This document shows positions 53,972 through 61,908 of a DNA stretch of 64,000 bases, in pieces. The position numbers and the translations under genes were made by a program. The stretch is from an uncultured Alphaproteobacteria bacterium. Lineage in GTDB: Bacteria > Pseudomonadota > Alphaproteobacteria > RF32 > CAG-239. Each line of letters begins with the position of its first letter. Within the stretch, counting starts at the first letter, position 1. The notes beneath the pieces were generated by a model. It made no database searches and was not told where the DNA came from. It saw only the letters and a program-made list of their open reading frames with translations. Location: contig CALXUP010000001.1 in NCBI GenBank assembly GCA_944391715.1, positions 100,676 through 164,675 on the forward strand. The letters run 5' to 3'.

Positions 53972-56083
53972 TTGGCAGACAAGTCAATAGCAGAAGTCTC
54001 TGATGTCCAAAATATGGGGGATAAGCTGCATTGTGTCTGCCGGGTTGAGAGAGTAAAAATGAAGCACAAACCTGTGAAAGGAAAAATGGGTTCAAGTTTG
54101 TTGTCTAAACATAATTATCAGGACTATTTGAAATTTTTGCCGGAGCGCGTTGATAAGATTGAAGAATATCTAAAAGGGGTTGCAAAAGAGCAATGTATGT
54201 CTTTGAAAAAATGGCCGCAGATTGAAAAAATCGAAGCCTGGATGATTTCTTCCGAGACGGCAACCTTTATGAAAGTCGGGGGGCTTGGTGTTGTCGCCAC
54301 CGAACTTCCGGAAGCTTTTAACCGGGTGTTTGCTCCCGGAGGCGACAGAATTAGCGTTGTTACCCCCCTTTATACCGGCGATACTTCTCACAAAAAAGCC
54401 ACTCTCCGCAAAAATGTTTATACAGGTGCCGAAAATCGTTCGGTCAATATCACAAAAATTGGTGAAATTAATGTGCCGTTTGTCGGCAAAAACCGAGTTG
54501 TCCGCCGGTTTAGCGTGAAGGTTTATTCCGCTGACGACGGACGCTGCAGTTATATCTTTCTGGCTAACCGGCGCTTTTTTACCATTACAACGGATTATCG
54601 GAATCCGGGATGTCTGGACGGCTGCTATGTTTTTAATAAGCTCGGCGTTAATGAGGTTGAGCGTTTTGCATTTTTTTCAAAATGTGTTTTTGTTTTGCTT
54701 GAAAACATTTTGTCGGGAAAATTTCCGCAGCTTAATGTGCCAAACATTCTGATAGCCAATGACTGGCATAGCGGCGCGTTGGCCGGTTTGTGCAAATATC
54801 TGGCGGCTTATCGCGGTGCACAGGGACGGATGGATAAAGTTTTGGCAGACAAAATCTGCAATATTCCGATTATTCATCTGATTCATCATATGGGATATCA
54901 GGGCTGGGATTATGAAAATACCGTCAAAATTCTTAATTCCCTTTACGAAGACGCTGTTAAACCAATCCTTTTGTCGGCAGAACCTTGTCTGAAAAACAAT
55001 CCCCGCATTGAGAAAACTCTGGTTGTCAGCGATACTTATAATCAGGCCGGCTGCAATCTTCAACTGGCCGACCGCTTGGTGACGGTTTCAAAGAATTATG
55101 CGCAGGAGGTTTCTAAAAAAGAGTTTGGTTATGATTTTGCCGAACTGCTTGCTCAGCGTCAGAAAAACGGAAATTTCTTTGGCATTGTCAACGGGTATGA
55201 CAAAAAGCTGATCGCTCCGCTGGCCGATAAACTTGAGCGGATTAACCGTTATTTTGACGGAACCGATTTCAGATGTTATAGCGAAAAGGATGTCGGGGTC
55301 AAAAAGCATAATAAAAAAGAGTTTATCAAGCTGATTTCCAAGTTGGCGGCAGATGACGGATTTAAGCAGAAGACGTTGCCGCTGGTGGATTTTTATAAGT
55401 TTGACGATATTTCATCTTTGGCTGACAAATGTGCCGATATTCCGATGTTTTGCGCGACCAGCCGTTTGGTAGAACAAAAAGGTTATGATATTGCCGCGGA
55501 AGCGATTATCAAATTTTTGTCCGCGCGTAAATACCGGGAAGCGCCGATTTGGGTTTTGGGCGGTGCCGGAGATGCTCGTTATTTTGAATATTTGATCAGG
55601 TTGAAGGACTATGTGGCGGCGAAGGATCCGGAAGCGGCAAAGCGGATTTTTGTTTTTCGCGGTTATAAAGACGAATTTGCCTATGTTATTCAGCTGGCCA
55701 GCGATTTTTATATGATGCCCTGCCGTTTTGAGCCTTGCGGGCTTACCCAGATGGAAGCAATGGCAAAAGGAACATTACCGGCTGCAATGTCAACCGGCGG
55801 ATTGGTCGATACGATAGAAGACGGGGTTGACGGTTTCCGGACGCTGGTATTTTACGGCGAAAACGAGCAGGTTTTCGGGACGGAGAAAGATGCCAAAAAA
55901 CTCAAAAACAATGTTGACGCTTTTGCCGACGTTTTGAAAAAAAGTACGGAGGTTTTTGAACACGAGGCGGATAAGCTGCAGCAAATGGCTGTCAGAGCTA
56001 TGGAAAAAGATTTTAGCTGGGATGTGGAGAACGGCAGCGTATATAAATATTATCATTTGTTTAAAACCGGCAAGATAGCATAG
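53972..56083 (+). CDS. GT5-family glycogen/starch-synthase-like glycosyltransferase (GlgA-like), atypically long at 703 aa. The start is uncertain (alternatives at ~54059 or ~54196).
   Basis: N-terminal KVGGLGVVATELPEAF (GlgA KxGGL motif), NDWHSGALAG (GlgA DWH motif) and a C-terminal GT1 domain EPCGLTQMEAMAKGTLPAAMSTGGLVDTI. Large insertions between the motifs. Confidence 0.7.
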   Translation: MADKSIAEVSDVQNMGDKLHCVCRVERVKMKHKPVKGKMGSSLLSKHNYQDYLKFLPERVDKIEEYLKGVAKEQCMSLKKWPQIEKIEAWMISSETATFMKVGGLGVVATELPEAFNRVFAPGGDRISVVTPLYTGDTSHKKATLRKNVYTGAENRSVNITKIGEINVPFVGKNRVVRRFSVKVYSADDGRCSYIFLANRRFFTITTDYRNPGCLDGCYVFNKLGVNEVERFAFFSKCVFVLLENILSGKFPQLNVPNILIANDWHSGALAGLCKYLAAYRGAQGRMDKVLADKICNIPIIHLIHHMGYQGWDYENTVKILNSLYEDAVKPILLSAEPCLKNNPRIEKTLVVSDTYNQAGCNLQLADRLVTVSKNYAQEVSKKEFGYDFAELLAQRQKNGNFFGIVNGYDKKLIAPLADKLERINRYFDGTDFRCYSEKDVGVKKHNKKEFIKLISKLAADDGFKQKTLPLVDFYKFDDISSLADKCADIPMFCATSRLVEQKGYDIAAEAIIKFLSARKYREAPIWVLGGAGDARYFEYLIRLKDYVAAKDPEAAKRIFVFRGYKDEFAYVIQLASDFYMMPCRFEPCGLTQMEAMAKGTLPAAMSTGGLVDTIEDGVDGFRTLVFYGENEQVFGTEKDAKKLKNNVDAFADVLKKSTEVFEHEADKLQQMAVRAMEKDFSWDVENGSVYKYYHLFKTGKIA

Positions 56084-56089
56084 CCGTAA

Positions 56090-56821
56090 TTGTTAGGACT
56101 AAAAATTATGAGACATTCACAAAGAAAAAATGACGAAATCAGAGATGTGGAAATTATTCCGAATTTTAATCCGTATGCCGAAGGCTCCTGTTTGATAAAA
56201 TGCGGCGGGACGCATGTGGTTTGTACGGCCAGCGTGCAGGATAAGGTTCCGGCCTGGCTTAAGGGACAAAACCGCGGCTGGATTACGGCAGAATATGGTA
56301 TGCTGCCGCGTTCTACCCAAGTACGCGTGCCCCGGGAGACAACCAAACCGTCCGGGCGGACGCAGGAGATTCAGCGCCTGGTCGGCAGAGCGCTGCGTTC
56401 GGTGGTGGATTTGGAAAAATTAAAAGATATGTCCTTTTGCATTGACTGCGATGTTATTCAGGCTGATGGCGGAACCCGGACGGCTTCGATTACCGGCGGT
56501 TTTGTTGCTTTGTATCTGGCAATTGAGAAACTGCGCAAAGAGGGCAAACTTTTGGTTAATCCCATCAGGGAGTTTGTTGCGGCTATTTCTTGTGCCATTC
56601 ATAACGGAGAAGAAATTCTGGATGTGGATTATCTGGAAGATTCTTCGGCGCAGGCGGATATGAACTTTGTTTTGACCGAAAGCGGAAAAATTGTTGAAAT
56701 TCAGGGAACGGCAGAGGAAAAGCCTTTTGACGAGGCGCAATATGCCAAACTTTTCGGTCTGGCGAAAAAGGGAATTGCCGAGCTGATTGTCAAACAAAAA
56801 GAAGCTTTGGAGATTAAGTAA
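56090..56821 (+). CDS. rph: Ribonuclease PH
   Basis: [16 protein letters not shown] and the conserved PH-domain pattern, with rph-rdgB synteny. Confidence 0.9.
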   Translation: MLGLKIMRHSQRKNDEIRDVEIIPNFNPYAEGSCLIKCGGTHVVCTASVQDKVPAWLKGQNRGWITAEYGMLPRSTQVRVPRETTKPSGRTQEIQRLVGRALRSVVDLEKLKDMSFCIDCDVIQADGGTRTASITGGFVALYLAIEKLRKEGKLLVNPIREFVAAISCAIHNGEEILDVDYLEDSSAQADMNFVLTESGKIVEIQGTAEEKPFDEAQYAKLFGLAKKGIAELIVKQKEALEIK

Positions 56822-57430
56822 ATGAATTTGCAAAAAATTGTCATTGCCTCGCATAATCAGGGCAAGGTTGCCGAGATTCGCAAGATGCTGGCACCTTTTC
56901 GGGTTGAGGTTGTTTCAGCCGATGAACTGAATCTGCCGGATGTTGAAGAGACCGGAACGACTTTTGAAGAAAATGCACGTCTGAAAGCGGAAACACTGGC
57001 AAAAATTTCCGGTTTTCCATGTCTCGGCGATGATTCCGGTTTGTGCGTTGATGCTCTGGACGGACGTCCGGGCGTCTATTCAGCCCGTTATGCTCCGAAA
57101 GATGCTAACGGTAAACGTGATTTTGACAAAGCGATGGACAAGCTTGTCGGCGAGTTGCAAAGCTGCGGAACGTCTGACTGGTCGGCACATTTTTCCTGTG
57201 TTCTGGCTTTGGCCGTTCCCGGGCAGGAAACAAAATTTTTTGAAGGCAGGGTTAACGGCAGAATCGTTCCCGAAAAAAGCGGTGACAAAGGGTTTGGTTT
57301 TGATCCGGTGTTCGTGCCTGATGGTTTTGACAAGACTTTTGCCAATTTTTTGCCCGATGAAAAAGCCAAAGTTTCTCATCGCGGTCGGGCGTTTGACAAG
57401 ATGATAGCAGCGTGTTTTGCGAAGGAATAG
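56822..57430 (+). CDS. rdgB: Non-canonical purine NTP pyrophosphatase (dITP/XTP pyrophosphatase, Ham1 family)
   Basis: IASHNQGKVAE N-terminus, DDSGLCVDALDGRPGVYSARY and FGFDPVF motifs. Confidence 0.9.
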   Translation: MNLQKIVIASHNQGKVAEIRKMLAPFRVEVVSADELNLPDVEETGTTFEENARLKAETLAKISGFPCLGDDSGLCVDALDGRPGVYSARYAPKDANGKRDFDKAMDKLVGELQSCGTSDWSAHFSCVLALAVPGQETKFFEGRVNGRIVPEKSGDKGFGFDPVFVPDGFDKTFANFLPDEKAKVSHRGRAFDKMIAACFAKE

Positions 57431-57433
57431 AAA

Positions 57434-58171
57434 ATGCCGGAAAAAATTATTCAAGCTTTTATTTTAGCGGCCGGGCGCGGCAAAAGAATGTTGCAACTGA
57501 CGGATGACAAGCCTAAACCGCTGGTCGAAGTTGCCGGAAAGGCTCTGATTGATTATAATGTCGAGCGTTTGCAGGAAGCAGGGATAAAAGATTGTATTGT
57601 TAATCTCTGTTATAAAGGCGAGATGATTAAAAATCATTTGCGGCAAAAGGGAGGCTTGAATTTTATTTTTTCGGAAGAAGAAGAGGCTTTGGAAACCGGC
57701 GGCGGTATAAAACATGCTTTGCCGAAAATGCGGCGGGAGGCCTTTGTGGTCGTTAACAGTGATGCTTTGTGGACAGAGGCGCCGGGGCATTGTCTGATTC
57801 AAGATATGATGAATGCCTGGGATGGTGAAAAATATGATATGATGTTAATGCTGCAACCGCTAGAAAATGCTTATGATACGGCCAGAAACGGCGATTATAA
57901 CATTAAAGCCGACGGCTCTTTGGAACGTCGGCGCGACCGGGAAGCTAAAGCCGCATATTTATACGGCGGTGTTTTGATTGTTCATCCGCGGGTTTTTGAT
58001 AATGAGCCGGAGGGGCGTTATTGGCTGATAGATATTTTTGACCGTTTGGAACGGGAAAAACGGCTGGGGTATTATATTCATCAGGGAAAATGGTTTCATG
58101 TCGGCAATCCGGAAGCGACGGCAATTGCCGAGGATTATTTTACCAAACTAAAACGGCGCTCCTGTGCGTAA
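57434..58171 (+). CDS. Nucleotidyltransferase (MurU / sugar-1-phosphate NTP-transferase-like)
   Basis: N-terminal LAAGRGKRM motif and KPLVEVAGKALIDY, typical of the NTP_transferase fold. Confidence 0.7.
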   Translation: MPEKIIQAFILAAGRGKRMLQLTDDKPKPLVEVAGKALIDYNVERLQEAGIKDCIVNLCYKGEMIKNHLRQKGGLNFIFSEEEEALETGGGIKHALPKMRREAFVVVNSDALWTEAPGHCLIQDMMNAWDGEKYDMMLMLQPLENAYDTARNGDYNIKADGSLERRRDREAKAAYLYGGVLIVHPRVFDNEPEGRYWLIDIFDRLEREKRLGYYIHQGKWFHVGNPEATAIAEDYFTKLKRRSCA

Positions 58172-58884
58172 GCATATTGGTTGGGAAGCAGAAAGATTGT
58201 GATTGTGCCGTTGGTGTGTTTGGTCAGGTCAAATTCATCGGCAACGATTTTTTCAACGTCAATGCCGAATTTGTCATCGAAATAGTCTCTTAAGGCAAAA
58301 GCTTTGTCTTCGTAGGAGAGTTTTTTTATCTTGTAAAATTGTTTGTTTTTATCAAGCCGCTGGCGGATACTGAGGATTTCTTTTCCGCGGGAGAACAAAT
58401 CGCCGAGCTGAATCAGCCGGTCATAATCGTTATATTCGATTTGTGACAGAAAGCCTTTGGTCTGGTTGAATAATGCCGGGCTGTAAGTCGGATAATCTCC
58501 CGGTTTGATGTCTTTATCGATAAAATTGTGGGTTAAACATATCGGAGCAGCTCCCGGATAACCGAGTTTGGTCAGGTAGCGGTAGCCTTCAATGCCGTGC
58601 GGCACCATGGTTACCGTTTCATCTTTAACACGTCCGACATCATGCAGGAGGCCCAAAATATAGGCTGTTTCGGGGTTTATTTCGCCGCCGGTTTCACGGG
58701 CGATGGCGCGGGCGATTTTGGCAACGTTGAAAACATGAACGCCGTGCTCATAAATGATTTTCGGGTTTGAGCCGTTGCGGATGCGTGTCTGCAGATATTC
58801 TCCGGCAATGCGAAGAGCCGCCAGCTTGGACGGGAGGCGGTTGTTTTCATAGTCGTTTATTTTTGAGTTGAAATCTTGTTGCAC
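58135..58884 (-). CDS. HD-domain phosphohydrolase
   Basis: H...HD motif (LGLLHDVGR) with downstream His/Asp ligands; ~250 aa. Confidence 0.75.
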   Translation of the reverse strand: MQQDFNSKINDYENNRLPSKLAALRIAGEYLQTRIRNGSNPKIIYEHGVHVFNVAKIARAIARETGGEINPETAYILGLLHDVGRVKDETVTMVPHGIEGYRYLTKLGYPGAAPICLTHNFIDKDIKPGDYPTYSPALFNQTKGFLSQIEYNDYDRLIQLGDLFSRGKEILSIRQRLDKNKQFYKIKKLSYEDKAFALRDYFDDKFGIDVEKIVADEFDLTKHTNGTITIFLLPNQYAYAQERRFSLVK

Positions 58885-59028
58885 TTAACTTTCCTTATCT
58901 GCTTTTTTTTATTCCATTCTTGCGGCAAAGGCAACCCTTTGTTTGGAAATTTTAATAAATTGTGCAGTATATTCAGGTTTTTTGTGTTTGGGGTTGACTA
59001 ATCGGGAATCTGTCTTAAACTTGCCGGT

Positions 59029-61908
59029 ATGAAAAGAAAAATTTATAATATTCCCGCCAGCTGCGGCTTTGTTGACGTTCTTGCTCGAAAATTTTTGCAA
59101 GAATATCAAAATGACAGAACGGCTTTGGCCGATGTCTTGTTTTTGCTGCCAAACCGCCGGGCCGTTAAGGCTCTGGCTGAGGCTTTTGTGCGGGAAGAGG
59201 GGCTCTCTCCGATGCTTTTGCCGCGGATGATGCCGCTCGGCGAGGCAGAAGAAGACGAGTTGTTTTTGACCGGTGGCGGCGGCCGGCAGTATTTGGCCGG
59301 GATGTTTCCGGCAGTCAGCGCAACAGAACGCAATCTTTTGTTTGCCAAGATTATTATGGTCAAGCCCGGCGATTTCGGAATGGAAAAAATGTCTTTGAAC
59401 CAGGCCTGTTATCTGGCGCAGGAACTTTCCGGGCTGATTGATCTGGCTGAAAATGAACAGCTTGACTTTTTGGAGCTGGAAAAGCTTGTGCCGGCGGATT
59501 ATGCCGAGCATTGGCAGGAAACTCTGAAATTTTTAAAGATTATTACCGAATATTGGCCGTTGATTTTACAAGAAAGGCAGGTTATTGACCCGGCCGAGCG
59601 ACGCAATCGGTTGTTGGAGGCGCAATGCGACATCTGGCAGCAGAACCGTCCGGCAAAAAGGATTGTTATTGCCGGAACAACGGCAACTTACCCGTTGATG
59701 AAAAAGCTGGTTAAGACGGTTCTTGATTTGCCGAACGGAGAACTCTGGTTATCGGCGCTGGACAGGAAACTTGACGATGAAAGCTGGAATGCCGTTGATG
59801 AAACACATCCGCAGTTTGAGCTTAAGCAGCTGTTGGAATATCTGGATATGCCGCGGGAATTGGTTGTTGACGTTTGCCCAGCCGAAAATACGCAACGGGA
59901 ATTATTTGTTTCAGAAGTTATGCGTCCGGCAAAGGTAACGGAGCGTTGGCTTGACATCGGGCAAAAAGGGTTGGACCGGCAGGCCTGGGAGCAGGTTAAT
60001 CTGTTAAATTGCACGGACTTGCGCGAAGAGGCACTGGCGATTGCTCTGATTATGCGCGAGGTTTTGGAAACGCCGGGAAAAACGGCGGCACTGGTTACGC
60101 CGGACAGAAATTTGGCCCGACGGACAGCGGCGGAATTGGAACGTTGGGATATTCAAGTGGATGATTCCGCCGGCCGGCCGTTAAGCCTTACGCCTGTCGG
60201 TATTTTTCTGCGGCTGGTTATTCAAGCGGCCGAAAACAAATCGCGGCTTAAGTTGTTAGCGTTGCTGAAACATCCGTTGCTTCGAATGGGCAGAGAAGCG
60301 TCGGATATCCGTCTTTACGTCAGAGATTTGGAAAAATGGTGGCGGAATGCCATAGCCGATGACGGCAGGCTTGAGGCTTTTCTTCATGAAACGTCTGAGC
60401 AACTGGCAGATTTGTCAGAGATGCTGAAAAATACAAAGAGCTCTTTGAAAGATTTGCTGGCATGTCATATAAAAACGGCTGAATTGTTGGCCCGGACGCC
60501 GGAGCAGGACGGTGAGCAGATTTTATGGCGGGGAGATGACGGTGAGGCGGCCGCACAGTTTGTTGCCGATTTGTATGAAAATGCCGAAGTTTTAGGCGAG
60601 ATTGAGACTTCTGATTACAGCGGTCTGCTGGAGGCTTTGATGACCGGGGTTAACGTTCGTCCGAAATTCGGAGGGCATCCGCGGTTGAAAATCCTCGGCC
60701 CGATAGAGGCACGGTTGAACAGTTTTGATGTTGTCATTGTCGGGGAGGTCAATGAAGGAAGCTGGCCCCGGCAGGTTTCTTCCGATCCGTGGATGTCCCG
60801 TCCGATGAAAAAAGATTTTGGCTTTCCTTTGCCGGAAAAGGCAATTGGGATTGCAGCGCTGGATTTTGCCCGTTTGTTATGCGGCAAAGAGGTTTATCTT
60901 ACGCGTGCCGAACGAGTCCAGGGAACACCGATGGTTAAATTGCGCTGGTGGCTGCGTTTGGAAACGGTGTTGAAGGCCTTAGGGCAGAAAATCGTTGAGC
61001 GGGAGCTTAAACCTTATGGCTATTGGGCAGAAAAACTTGACGAACCTGATGAATTTATCCGATTGAGACCGCCGGCTCCGCGGCCTCCGGTCAGACTGCG
61101 GCCGGATGCTTTGTCGGCAAGCGCGATTGAAAAATGGATGCGCGATCCTTATGAAATTTATGCCCGCTATATTTTAAAGCTTAAACCCTTGGAAGAAGTG
61201 GAGCAGAAACTTGATTTTTCCGATTACGGAACAATTGTTCATGCCGTTTTGCAGGCTTTTAACGAAAAATATCCCGGCCAGTTGCCGGAAAATGCCCGTG
61301 AAGAGCTGATGAGTCTTGGGGAGACTTATTTTGCCGAAAATCAGGTTGCACAGGAAACAAGGGCTTTCTGGTGGCCTAATTTTGAAAAATCGGTTGACTG
61401 GTTTTTGCGGCAGGAAAAATCTTACCGGCCGCAGATTGTGCAGGTTAATACCGAGGTTCCCGGTGCTTTGACGATTAAAACGGCCGGACGGGATTTTACG
61501 CTGAAAGCGATTGCCGACAGGGTGGACATTACCAAAGACGGAAAATTTAACATTATCGATTATAAAACCGGCCGGGCCAGAAAAGCAAAAGAAGTGCGAA
61601 CCGGAAAGGCGCCTCAGCTGCCGATAGAAGGCATTATTGCAGAGGGCGGCGGTTTTGAAAATCTTTCTGCCCGGAAAGTGGATAAATTGCTTTATTGGCA
61701 GCTCGGGCGGCAGGAAACGGAAATTTCCGGCGATACAGAGCAGGTTCTGAGCGATAATCTTGAAATCCTCCGCCAATATATCAGTGATTTTGAGTTTGAA
61801 ACAACAGCCTATGTCTGTCAGCCGAATCCCAAAAATATCCCGGAATATTCGGATTATGAGCATTTGGCAAGAATAAAAGAATGGTCGGTGAAAGACAATG
61901 ATGATTGA
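59029..61908 (+). CDS. addB: Double-strand break repair nuclease AddB (alphaproteobacterial type)
   Basis: 959 aa. C-terminal RecB-like PD-(D/E)xK nuclease motif (NIIDYKTGRA...QLPIE). The downstream gene overlaps by 11 nt and is addA. Confidence 0.85.
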   Translation: MKRKIYNIPASCGFVDVLARKFLQEYQNDRTALADVLFLLPNRRAVKALAEAFVREEGLSPMLLPRMMPLGEAEEDELFLTGGGGRQYLAGMFPAVSATERNLLFAKIIMVKPGDFGMEKMSLNQACYLAQELSGLIDLAENEQLDFLELEKLVPADYAEHWQETLKFLKIITEYWPLILQERQVIDPAERRNRLLEAQCDIWQQNRPAKRIVIAGTTATYPLMKKLVKTVLDLPNGELWLSALDRKLDDESWNAVDETHPQFELKQLLEYLDMPRELVVDVCPAENTQRELFVSEVMRPAKVTERWLDIGQKGLDRQAWEQVNLLNCTDLREEALAIALIMREVLETPGKTAALVTPDRNLARRTAAELERWDIQVDDSAGRPLSLTPVGIFLRLVIQAAENKSRLKLLALLKHPLLRMGREASDIRLYVRDLEKWWRNAIADDGRLEAFLHETSEQLADLSEMLKNTKSSLKDLLACHIKTAELLARTPEQDGEQILWRGDDGEAAAQFVADLYENAEVLGEIETSDYSGLLEALMTGVNVRPKFGGHPRLKILGPIEARLNSFDVVIVGEVNEGSWPRQVSSDPWMSRPMKKDFGFPLPEKAIGIAALDFARLLCGKEVYLTRAERVQGTPMVKLRWWLRLETVLKALGQKIVERELKPYGYWAEKLDEPDEFIRLRPPAPRPPVRLRPDALSASAIEKWMRDPYEIYARYILKLKPLEEVEQKLDFSDYGTIVHAVLQAFNEKYPGQLPENAREELMSLGETYFAENQVAQETRAFWWPNFEKSVDWFLRQEKSYRPQIVQVNTEVPGALTIKTAGRDFTLKAIADRVDITKDGKFNIIDYKTGRARKAKEVRTGKAPQLPIEGIIAEGGGFENLSARKVDKLLYWQLGRQETEISGDTEQVLSDNLEILRQYISDFEFETTAYVCQPNPKNIPEYSDYEHLARIKEWSVKDNDD

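Noticed and set aside
53972-54058. Far-upstream start of the GlgA-like ORF
   Set aside because: It would overlap the divergent grpE promoter region. A downstream start is more plausible, though it cannot be fixed without homolog alignment.
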